The notes under the pieces are model-generated. The model saw only the letters and a list, made by a program, of their open reading frames with translations. It ran no database searches and was not told the DNA's origin. A DNA stretch of 64,000 nucleotides from Octopus sinensis (lineage: Eukaryota). Both the position numbers and the translations under genes were made by a program. Of this stretch, positions 12,681 to 23,377 are shown in pieces (positions within the stretch are counted from its first letter, which is position 1; the number at the start of each line of letters is the position of its first letter). The stretch spans positions 5,084,001 to 5,148,000 of the forward strand of contig NC_043006.1 in assembly GCF_006345805.1 (NCBI RefSeq), given 5' to 3'.

Positions 12681-13181
12681 TTCTCCACATCTGAGTCGTT
12701 GCTGTTCTTACGTCTGGCGAAGGGCTACCCCTACATTTGGAGAGGTGATGTTGCTACATCTATTTATGTAATAATTCTAAATATGAGACGGTGCTGTTGC
12801 ACTACACCCAGAGATAAGTCTAAAATCAGTTACCGGGAAAATCGTGTTTGAGGTCTTCAGGTTTGCTTTTTCTTGTGCCGTTTTCTTCTATAATATCTTA
12901 GTGTCATGCTTCCTTTACTTTCAACTCCCTACTCATTCATTTCTACTTCTCTCATCACTCTAGCTACTCCAGTCCTCACAAATAAACCACTACACATTAT
13001 TCAGTCCTTGGAACGTCGATTCTCTGGAAGCTTCTCTCTGCTCTTGCTTTTTCTGCACATTTTGTCTTATAATAGTTTTTTGTGGTACATTAATAGCATC
13101 AATCTCACTAGACTTGGAGGGCTTGCGAAGACAATGAGACAACCCTTTCCTTTGACTCGGCAAGTACAAAAATATCTAGCA

Positions 13182-13578
13182 CTAGCAGTATCGCCCGGCG
13201 TTGCTCGGGTTTGTAAGGGAAATAACTATATAAGCATTTTTAGAGATGTAAAGTATAATAGCCATCTCAATATGGCTAACCACAAAGGGGTGGGGTGTTA
13301 TTGTAGCATTTTAGGTTCTGAGATTTAATAATAAATTTTTAGAGAGTTACTTCCCTTATATATGCCAAAAATGCATTAAAAATGGGAAAAATTGATGGTA
13401 AATTTTTTTTAAATCGTAGACTCATTGTAGACGCGCGCTAATACCCAGAAGGGCTCGATATGAATCACGACTATAAGATACCCGGTTTTGGTTAAACTGC
13501 ACCGCAAAATGTGGGAGTAGTTAGGAATCTAAATCGTAGGAGACAGACAGCACACAACCTCACTTTTATATATAAAGA
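13182..13578 (-). mobile_element. Non-autonomous Helitron, copy 2
   Basis: 5' TC, 3' hairpin plus CTAG, A|T target; has a ~90-bp segment (~13245-13335) absent from the other copies. Confidence 0.88.
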
Positions 13579-13740
13579 TTAGTCTATTTTTAAAGTCTTA
13601 CTCACGGGACCATATAACAGCTGAAAGAAACTCGAGATCCTAAATAAGAGATACGTTTAAATCTATTGATTTATTATTTTCAAATCTGCCTCAGATTTTG
13701 ATTTACAAATATGTCACAGTTTGTATAATTAATCATACAT

Positions 13741-14126
13741 GTGGAGGCGCAATGGCCCGGTGGTTAGGGCAGCGGACTCGCGGTCATAGGATCGCGGTTT
13801 CGATTCCCAGACCGGGCGTTGTGAGTGTTTATTGAGCGAAAAGACCTAAAGCTCCACGAGTCTCCGGCAGGGGATGGTGGTGATCCCTGCTGTACTCTTT
13901 CACCACAACTTTCTCTCACTCTTTCTTCCTGTTTCTGCTGTACCTGTATTTCAAAGGGCCGGCCTTGTCACTCTCTGTGTCACGCTGAATATCCCCCAGA
14001 ACTACGTTAAGGGTACACGTGTCTGTGGAGTGCTCAGCCACTTACACGTTAATTTCACGAGCAGGCTGTTCCGTTGATTCGGATCAACTGGAACCCTCGT
14101 CGTCGTAACCGACGGAGTGCTTCCAC
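13741..14126 (+). mobile_element. Full-length tRNA(Arg)-like SINE (probably octopus OR1)
   Basis: Head GTGGAGGCGCAATGGCCC.GTGGTTAGGGCAGCGGACTCGCGG…GTTTCGATTCC; 14-bp TSD AATTAATCATACAT at 13727-13740 and 14127-14140. Confidence 0.9.
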
Positions 14127-14426
14127 AATTAATCATACATACATTGGGAGATCAGGGTTTCTTTTTTGCACATTTCATTTCATACACAATTATGTTTAAG
14201 CTTTAGCTTTCTTATTGCATATCGTTTTCAGATTTTCTTATTGGCTTTTTGCAGCTGATTTGGAATAATAGAGTTCATAAATCTGTATCCAACGTTTCCA
14301 CTTTCACAGTCTCATTTCCAAGAATTGAATATATTTGGCCTTTGCGTTGTTACCATACAATGGTTGAATTCATGTAGAGTTTTGCCTCTTCACCCAGAGG
14401 TTTTTTGACCTTACGTACATATAAAC

Positions 14427-14513
<87 letters not shown>

Positions 14514-14567
14514 CATATATACACATATGTGCTAAGATTCACTTACACACACATATGAATACACGCA

Positions 14568-14604
<37 letters not shown>

Positions 14605-15090
14605 TGTGAACTCTGAGTCAATTTCATCATCAAAATAAATTTCCCTCTTCTCTCAGTAACAGTCATATTTGTCAGTAAATGCTAAGTTGATATTTTTCAA
14701 AGCCCTTCAAAATGATTCTTTCTAAGTTTTGGCACAAGGCAACAATTTTTGGGGGATGCGGAAGTCGATTGCATCGACCCAAGCGCTCAAATTTTACTTA
14801 TTTTATCGGCCCCGAAAGAACGAAAAGCAAAACCTACCTCTGCAAAATAATACTAATAGTTTAACATTTACAACAAATACATACATACATATGTCTAGAC
14901 ATGCAACTATGTGCATGTGAATATATACATAAAACAAAACATGCAGATCTGCACATGCACTAACTCCAAATAATGAAAATATACATATATGCATCCAAAA
15001 ATACCCTATTCATGTTGCTGAAATTCCAGTGAAGGAGCATTTCTCTATTGGCAAGAAATCTTGAAATAAAACTGAATATATATATATATA

Positions 15091-15234
15091 GGAGCAGGAG
15101 TGGCTGTGTGGTAAGTAGCTTGTTTACCAACCACATGGTTCCGGGTTCAGTCCCACTGCGTGGCACCTTGGGCAAGTGTCTTCTACTATTGCCTCGCGCT
15201 GACCAAATCCTTGCGAGTGGATTTGGTAGACGTC

Positions 15235-15240
<6 letters not shown>
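15091..15240 (+). mobile_element. OK-like SINE head ending in (TA)n
   Basis: Matches 3647-3810. Confidence 0.8.
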
Positions 15241-15281
<41 letters not shown>

Positions 15282-15569
15282 CATATGTGTGTGCGTGCGT
15301 GCATGTGCATATATATATATATTGCACATAGGAATTCTTCACCTCACCCTATGCACCCATCATTCTTACACCCGCCATTATATTTCCTGGCGATAAATTT
15401 GTTTTGTTGTCCTTTGTTAATTGTCCTGTAGGTGTGTGTACATTAATATGTGTCTACTGTTGAATATATGTTTATATGTTGTGCATGTATGTCAGGTCAG
15501 AAATAAGTATTACTGGTAACGTAATCTAGTATAATATGTTTTCATGGTCGGGTCGTCTGCGATGAAATC

Positions 15570-15943
15570 AGCTTGTGGTTCCGGGTTCAGTCCCACTGCG
15601 TGGCACCTTGGGCAAGTGTCTTCTACTATAGCCTCGGACCGACCAAAGCCTTGTGAGTGGATTTGGTAGACGGAAACTGAAAGAAGCCCGTCGTATATAT
15701 GTATATATATATATGTATGTGTGTGTATGTGTTTGTGTATCAGTGTTTGTCCCCCCCACCAACATCACTTGACAACCGATGCTGGTGTGTTTATGCCCCC
15801 GTCACTTAGCGGTTCGGCAAAAAGACCGATAGAATAAGTACTGTGCTTACAAAGAATAAGTGCCGGGGTCGAGTTGCTCGATTAAAGGCAGTGCTCCAGC
15901 ATGGCCGCAGTCAAATGACTGGAACAAGTAAAAGAGTTAAAGA

Positions 15944-15945
<2 letters not shown>
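15570..15945 (+). mobile_element. 5'-truncated OK-like SINE
   Basis: Begins at ggttccgggttcagtcccac and continues to the AAGTAAAAGAG tail. Confidence 0.85.
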
Positions 15946-15998
<53 letters not shown>

Positions 15999-16010
15999 GA
16001 GAGAGAGAAA

Positions 16011-16063
<53 letters not shown>

Positions 16064-17413
16064 TGGAATATCTAGTGATAGGGTTGCTAGAAATCTAATA
16101 AAAAATAAAGAATATAAGAGTTTGTAAAGGTAGAGAAACCCAGCATAGAATTTTTGACTGTCCAGTAATAAATTGCGAAAACAATAGGCATATTGGAATG
16201 CGGAACAAGCGTCGACTAAGACCATTTTCCGTGAGACGCTCTTGTTCTCGTCAGTCCAGAACTGTAGGGTCTTTCTAAAATATATAAAAACGCCGAAGGG
16301 TAAAACCCGCTGTTTTGTGGATTGCCTTGATCGGTGAAGACCAGGATAAAGAAACTCTAATATATAACATTCGCTTAATCCTCTCACTAATCATTTTCTA
16401 ATCATTGGGACATGATAGTCGATACTGAAAGAGTAGTATTCGTGTTGTACCTGAATTTGTTATTTATAATCTCCGCGAGGTACATGTACTTTCAAACACT
16501 TTAGTACATTACGTCTCACATGACTAATAGTATTTAGCATCGAAGTATTTTATGAGTAATAGAACAAAATAACTAATTTTATCTATGCTAGTTTCTCAAA
16601 ATCTTTTGGCAATGTATTTATGATAATTTTTAGAGACTTGACGAGGTTGGAAATAAATTAGGCAGTATAGGATTATAACTTGGATTTTTGTTTTTGTTCA
16701 ATATTGGCAATTAGAAGAATTAGATGAAATCCTCTGTGACTGAGCTCTCCCAGTTACTTGAAATGGATTAGAAAAGATATACCAAACAGTGCCTGCTCCA
16801 CAACAAACGGTAGTTCATTTCAACGGGAACAACAAATGTAAAAGCGTTCAAATAAAGTGTTAAAACATAAACAAGCAAAAGACATCGTCAACAGATGCGC
16901 TGTTGGAATATGTGAGCCTGTTGGATATAATGATAAATCCAGCAAACCTGAGCGCAATATTTCACTTGTTTCAGCAGAAATTGATTGATACAAGATCGAC
17001 AGTGTTACCCTTTTAGAAGCTGTTTTGTCTGGGAAATCATCGACAGTTTCTTTTGAGTTATCAAACTAACAAATGAAAAGCGAGAGAGAGAGAGAAAGAG
17101 GAGTTGACTTTGCGATCGAGAAGACGCTCGCTGATATCTAAATGGAACACAGTTACAGTAAATGCAGACTGCTACTATTCATTTAAAATATTGGAAAGCA
17201 CACCAGGCTAGATCACATATTGCAGTCATCACCTTTCGTGGCATTAAAATCCCCAAATTGCACGATTTTATCACCTGTCGGTTTGGAAAGGATGGCATTT
17301 CTAAGATGCCCGTTGAAAAGTAAGTTTCCTCCTTTGAGTTAAGAGATGATGCATACACAGAACAAAATATGTTATATGACACACACAAGAGTGTGGCAAG
17401 TAGGCAAAATATT

Positions 17414-17463
<50 letters not shown>

Positions 17464-18209
17464 CAAGGAACATATACGTGTACGCACACACGCAAACACA
17501 GAGAGGAAAAATTTACGAACGACTTGGACAGAGTATTCCACTGTATTTGAAACAGTGCCGTGTTAGCGAAGAAATCGATGATAACTCTATTATGCAGGAA
17601 GACAAATGCAATTATCTGCATCCTAAACATTCCCATTTTCACTCTTCTATCACACCCTTTTAAAGTATAAGTAGATAAAGACATCTTAGACACATCTTAG
17701 TCATGCACTGGACTCAGTGAGACTGAGTGATATAGAGTCACTCATCTACCCTACCCAGCCTCTAATACAAACATGCTTTCTTCTTCTCTCTCGCCTCTTT
17801 CTACGTCAACTAAATTGGTTTATGTTTCTTGGAATCGGTTGGTCTCGTACTACCTAAGATCGGATATTCTCTACATATGTTTCGCTCCTCCATCATCAAC
17901 CGTTTTCTGTATAGCACCACCAGGCTCTGATCTAAACACTATACCTAATCTGTCTACCCAGAATGTTAACCTTCTGGAATTCTTCACCCACGCCTTTCCA
18001 TCATATTTTTTCTGCAGTTGTCTACTTGCAGAATTTCCTACAGATCGCTAACGATGTCAGAGTCCTCACAAAGCAATGAGCACTGCCGTTTCCGCCAGAT
18101 TTGGCAATTAAAAGAATGTGAAAGCTTAATATCTGTTGCAAGTTTTAACCTTTCTGTTTTAGCGACTCCCCACCGGCGAACAACCCAGTCGCAGTCTATT
18201 ATATATATA

Positions 18210-18325
<116 letters not shown>

Positions 18326-18326
18326 T

Positions 18327-18802
18327 GTCCTGTTAGGGTCACCTCTTTTGAGTATAAATGTAAACTAATTTTATATGAAAAATATGTTTTATGCCGAAAA
18401 ATTATGGTAGAAAATTTCTCTAATTTTTCTACCCTACATATATTTTCTTAACATGATTTTCGTAATTTTGAAGAAAGTCGGCACATATACTTTCATTTAC
18501 TGCCGATTGTAACTGCGCTTGCGCGGTAGATTTGAAAAATTATCCTGTATAAAGGTGAGACATGTGCTATCTATTTGTCCCATAATTATATGTTAATCGT
18601 AGCGACCTTGCTGATGAGAACACGGGTAGCAAATTATTTTATTTGTTCATTGATGTTCGATATCTAGGGACAAGTGGTAACTACTGAAAATGATTTTATT
18701 TTTCATCCTCATCGAAATTACTCTTAATCGTGGTTTGGGCTTTGACTGCGCCTTTTAGCATGTAAGGTGTCCTGTTAGGGTCACCTCTTTAGTGTATAAA
18801 TA
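18327..18802 (+). mobile_element. 442-bp non-coding unit with ~35-bp terminal direct repeat and a degenerate HHR (retrozyme-like)
   Basis: GTCCTGTTAGGGTCACCTCTTT at 18327 and 18769; HHR-like motif 18607-18674: cttg-CTGATGA-GAACA…TGTTC-GATAT-ctag-GGA-caag; lies between (TG)n and TA tracts. Confidence 0.6.
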
Positions 18803-20023
18803 TATATTAATATAATATATGTGTGTGTGTGTGTGGTGTGTGTGTGTGTGTATACCTACATGCATACATACATACATATACATATGAATATATAAACGTA
18901 TGTATATACATGCAAATATATATCTTACACGCACACAAACTCACACACACATATATATGCAAATGTGGGGGGAGGTGTATATGTGTATACACATACCGAA
19001 ACACACACACGTACTTATATATTCGGCCATCAAGTTCATTTCACATTAATATGACTGTTCTTTCCCATTAACTTAATTCAGAAGGAAAATAATGATTCCG
19101 ATCTCACCAGATTACTTTAAATTGTTGCTATTAAAATTCTATAAACATGTGTGTTGTCGAAATGTTTTTGGATCTGTCATATTGGCACCAGCTGATTTCA
19201 TCGAATCTTGCCTTGCAGATCATAGAACTCTTGGGATTTGTCGCTCCGTTGAACATTTCTAAAGTTTTCTTTTGATAGAAATCTAAATCTTCATAATGGG
19301 TAGACAATTTGGTTCATTATAAAATCCTTAAGTTTTATAATCACAAAACAGTCTTTTTCTGGCCAGAATCTACCGATGTGTTCTGTAACATTAATTCTAT
19401 TCCAATTCCCAGGCGTGTTTTTATTTATCTGTTTGTTCAGCCTTATAGTTTCATTACAGTTTAATTCGGTCTTTCATTCTTTTCAAGAATTCAATAATGT
19501 TTCCTTAGTAACTATTTAATGGTTTTTAAAATAGATTCTCTATTCTTCTCAGTTACTTAAATTGCATGCAATTCTATGAGTTCTTTTGGTCAAATTTCAG
19601 ACAAAGTACTATATAAATATTTTGAAATATAACTACATATTTAAGCAGTTCTTTATACACCTGCATATCTTTTTTCCCAAGCGCAGAAATCGTAGCGATT
19701 CTAGAAAAGAAGTTGGCAAATGAAATGTCTTTATTGTATTCATTCTATTTATTGCCGTACACGTCCTTCACCATTATTTTGAATACATGCATTGATATAT
19801 ATGCATTACACGAGTAACAATGCACCAATGTATTTATTCTCTTCTAAATTCTAACTCAGTAAGGGATTAAAGTTATGAAATGATTAAATAGAAGCAATAT
19901 ATTTTAACTACTTAATCTCAATAATAACTGATGTTCAGAATCACGATAAGTTGCGCGCACAGACAGACACACTCATATACAAACACATATACCATTTATG
20001 TATACATGTATATATATATATAT

Positions 20024-20158
<135 letters not shown>

Positions 20159-20169
20159 ATATATGCATA

Positions 20170-20570
20170 TATGGGCACAGGACGTCACCAATTGTGTAAA
20201 CAACATGAAATGCGTAGAAAAACGAGTTAAATACATAAACAATGGGAGAAAAAAACTGAAAACAGGGTTAGTAAACACAGAGAAGTGACATTTTCATCAG
20301 TCTATCTACTCCTCATTTCGAGCATTCAGCGACAATAAGAGTCTTCAAAGACAGTTGCTCCCATAAATTCTAAAATAAAATTTAGGATTTATGGGGGGTC
20401 AAAGTTGAGAACAAAAACAAGACAGTGGAGACATACAAGGAAAGCTGAACGAAAACAAACATGAAGGGTCGTTAGACCAGAACGAGAGGAAAATAGTGAA
20501 CGCTGCGAGAAATATCTTCTTTGAAAAGAGAAAAGATAGAAGAGAGAGACAGAGAAAAAAGGTCCAGTCC
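20170..20570. mobile_element. Microsatellite-associated Penelope-like terminal fragment
   Basis: Starts CAGGACGTCACCAA like 35978, 36326 and 45648; HHR-like remnant on the minus strand ~20301-20353 (ctgtc-TTTGAAGA…GAAAT…GTA-gatag). Confidence 0.4.
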
Positions 20571-20859
20571 TTTGAACGTTCGTACGGGATAAGAAAGATG
20601 GTCCCTTTCTACACACATCTGTGGGTAGTCGTTAAACGAAGCTGTAAGCATTATTTTACCGATCTTGATTATAGACACCCGCAACAAAAAGGGAAAGCAC
20701 TTTCGTTGTCGTTGTTGATGTACTTCGCGGTTTGGTACGGTGACTCAATGTAGAAGACCTGATATTCTCCGAAGTTCTATCGAATTTTCATTTGTTATAA
20801 ACTTATAACATGTGTATGTGTGTGTTTTGAATAGTAGTGTTTGCGGGCATTACGAAAAT

Positions 20860-21240
20860 ACCTCACTGAGTGACGATCGTGCCCTGTTTATTTACGGGCT
20901 GCCCTTTGGCAACGCACATCACCCGTTCAGCCACCCTGCCAGGGAAACGCGATGTCATGGGACTGCAGCATGGCGGGTTGGGAAGAGGTAGCGGAAGAGC
21001 TCAACGGAAGAGTTTCCGTTGATGCTGAGCGGAGGAATTTAAAGATCGACGGTCAAGACCACCAAGCTTTACCAAGTGAGTAACTGCAACGCATCCTAAA
21101 GGGACGGCATCCATGGTTGTATTATGACTCAAGTTCCCAATTTAAATTCATAATAATGGAATTCAATGATGACGGTGAGTCATGAGAATCAGCGAAAACA
21201 GAGAAAAAATTATGGAATTGAAGGGATATCAGATCCAAGC
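20860..21240 (+). mobile_element. GC-rich probable LINE (RTE-like) 5' region
   Basis: GC-rich island with hairpins (tcaacggaa…ttccgttga); family assignment from recollection only. Confidence 0.3.
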
Positions 21241-22248
21241 AGGTACCGTTCAAGGTACCGTCCAAGCAGGTACCGTTCTGATATAATCCAATTCTGGCTA
21301 ACTGCATTGAATGATATGGAATAACCCGGGACTATTTAAGATAAACAATTCCAATGCGTTTCACTCGAAAGGTAAATCCTAAGTTCGCTTCGCTGGATTA
21401 TAAACACTTTGCTGAGTATATATCCAAGACAATTCAAATATGGAGAATTAAACATTTACACAGTTTTAATTACGGTAATTTCTACAATATATTCTCTTTA
21501 AACACCTGTCCGACATATGTTTCTGCTGCATGGATTTTTTGTTATATGGTTTTTATTTGTACCCTGTTGGTTCATCTGCATCCAGATTTCATCCCGTTTA
21601 AAAACGTATCCATATAGCTTTATTCAAGGTGTTGCCACTATTAAAGTTTGCAGCGAACTGGAGTATATTGGTTTAGACAACCTTGGGTTTTTGGTAGGGG
21701 AGAATGTTGAGTGCAAAGAATAAGAGAGGAAGTAGTGAGCAATCTGATATTGCTATAAAGTCTGTTATCAGATCGACTCTCAGATGACCCTAATGTTTAC
21801 TTGTAGAATCCGGAATGCCAGACATTAAACTAGGGCACAATATATTTCATCCAAAAGCCAAAAGCTAAATAGAAACAGTTTCTGTGAGAGATGTATACAC
21901 TAAGGATCGCTAAATGAAGTTGAATTTTAAAAGTATGATACACAGAATTTACTTGTAAGGCCAAGGTTTCGTTCACAAAATGGTACATAACTACCATCTA
22001 CAGTGAAATTAGAATTTTTAATTATGCAAATGAACCTTAGATCTATATGTAGAAAACATTTTCCACGATATATAAAATATATAATAGAGTGAGCAACAGG
22101 ATACGAATAAAAATCACAAAACAAGACATTCATACAGTAGAAACATATGTCGGAAGAGGTTTAAAGAGAATATTCTGTAAAAAATTATTGTAATAATATA
22201 AAGTGTGTAGAGGTATAATCCTCCATATTCATTTGAATTGTTATATAT

Positions 22249-22326
<78 letters not shown>

Positions 22327-22478
22327 ACGGTTAAGCAATTAAGATTCAAGTGAGTTCTATTGAATTCACATGAATATGGTACTTAACTTGGATGCACCAG
22401 AAATCTATATGGTGTTTACCATAAGACAAAGTGGGGTGATTACAAATAGGAAAAAAGCAACAAGAATGGATCAATATA

Positions 22479-22563
22479 TCGGTACAATTGTTTCGTACGA
22501 AGACATCTTTAATAAGTCTACAAAAATTGCAGTAAATATAGGTGGCTCGTACTCATCAACCGA
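22479..22563 (-). ncRNA. Hammerhead ribozyme motif, C3U variant (TTGATGA)
   Basis: Minus strand: tcgg-TTGATGA-GTACGA…TCGTAC-GAAAC-aatt-GTA-ccga. Confidence 0.65.
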
Positions 22564-22647
22564 AAAAACATCCGAGATTCCCAAACATCAAATGGGGTAA
22601 TGTTACACTCGTGAAACATCATGGAAAGTTCTATAAAAATAAGAATT

Positions 22648-22732
22648 TCGGCTGATGAGTACGAGCCACCTATATTTACTAGAATTTTTGTAGCCTTATT
22701 AAAGATGTCTTCGTACGAAACAATTGTACCGA
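22648..22732 (+). ncRNA. Type-I hammerhead ribozyme with canonical core
   Basis: tcgg-CTGATGA-GTACGA…TCGTAC-GAAAC-aatt-GTA^ccga; perfect stems I and II, palindromic stem III ACAATTGT; predicted cut after 22728. Confidence 0.85.
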
Positions 22733-22760
22733 TATATTGATCCATTCATGTTGCTTTTTT

Positions 22761-22799
<39 letters not shown>

Positions 22800-22801
<2 letters not shown>

Positions 22802-23230
22802 CTTTTGGGGTTAACATGTATCCGAGTAGTAGATCGGTAGCCAGTGATTGCGCCACTTTATCTTGATGGATGTGAAGCGTGTTGCTGCTCGGAGTATCCT
22901 GATTTTCGTTTGGATGGTAAGGCTGTGGTTTTGGAAACCGGGTGCGCGGGAGTGGCATTATCATCAAGGTACTGCAGCTCCTGCATTATGGCCAACGTGG
23001 TCAGATGACGGACTCTTAGGCGGGCGATGTTGAAAAGTCCTCCGTCCATTCTGTAGCGGATATTTACACCAGGAGCTTGATTAGGGATCTCATGGATCGT
23101 GGCACCGAGGTAGAGGAAAAACAGAGAGGGAGCGAGGATGCATCCTTGCTTCAGGCTAGTTGCAATTGAGAAGGTATCGGAGAGAACGTTCTTGGTAATG
23201 AACCAGCCATTTTCTAGTGTAGGACCTGGA
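22800..23230 (-). pseudogene. RTE-clade (BovB-like) LINE reverse transcriptase fragment
   Basis: LKQGCILAPSLF…GVNIRYRMDGGLFNIARLR…QELQYLDD motifs. Confidence 0.8.
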
Positions 23231-23377
23231 TGAGGGTCGTAAATCTATTAGTTTATACATACATGCATACATAGATACATACATACATACATACATACAT
23301 ACATACATACATACATAGATGCATACATACATACATGCATACATACATACATACATACATACGTAGATGCATACATA

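Larger units (their letters stand above)
22328..22763. mobile_element. Non-coding insert in (TA)n with ~115-bp inverted arms, each carrying an HHR
   Basis: 22450-22566 is the reverse complement of 22645-22762 (hence the twin MDQYIGTIVSYEDIFNK ORFs on opposite strands); (TA)n on both sides. Confidence 0.85.

Noticed and set aside
13741-13820. tRNA-Arg-like sequence (and similar heads elsewhere)
   Set aside because: SINE heads with bodies, tails and TSDs; no proper acceptor stem
17162-17326. Short open frame ending at a GTAAGT donor-like site
   Set aside because: No recognisable protein similarity, in-frame stop at the site and no partner exons
19050-19940. Unassigned AT-rich block as a possible endogenous viral element
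   Set aside because: No open frame or recognisable motif; would need tBLASTx
20895-20962. Possible HDV-like ribozyme in a GC-rich LINE-like leader
   Set aside because: Could not build P3/L3/P1.1 or place a catalytic C
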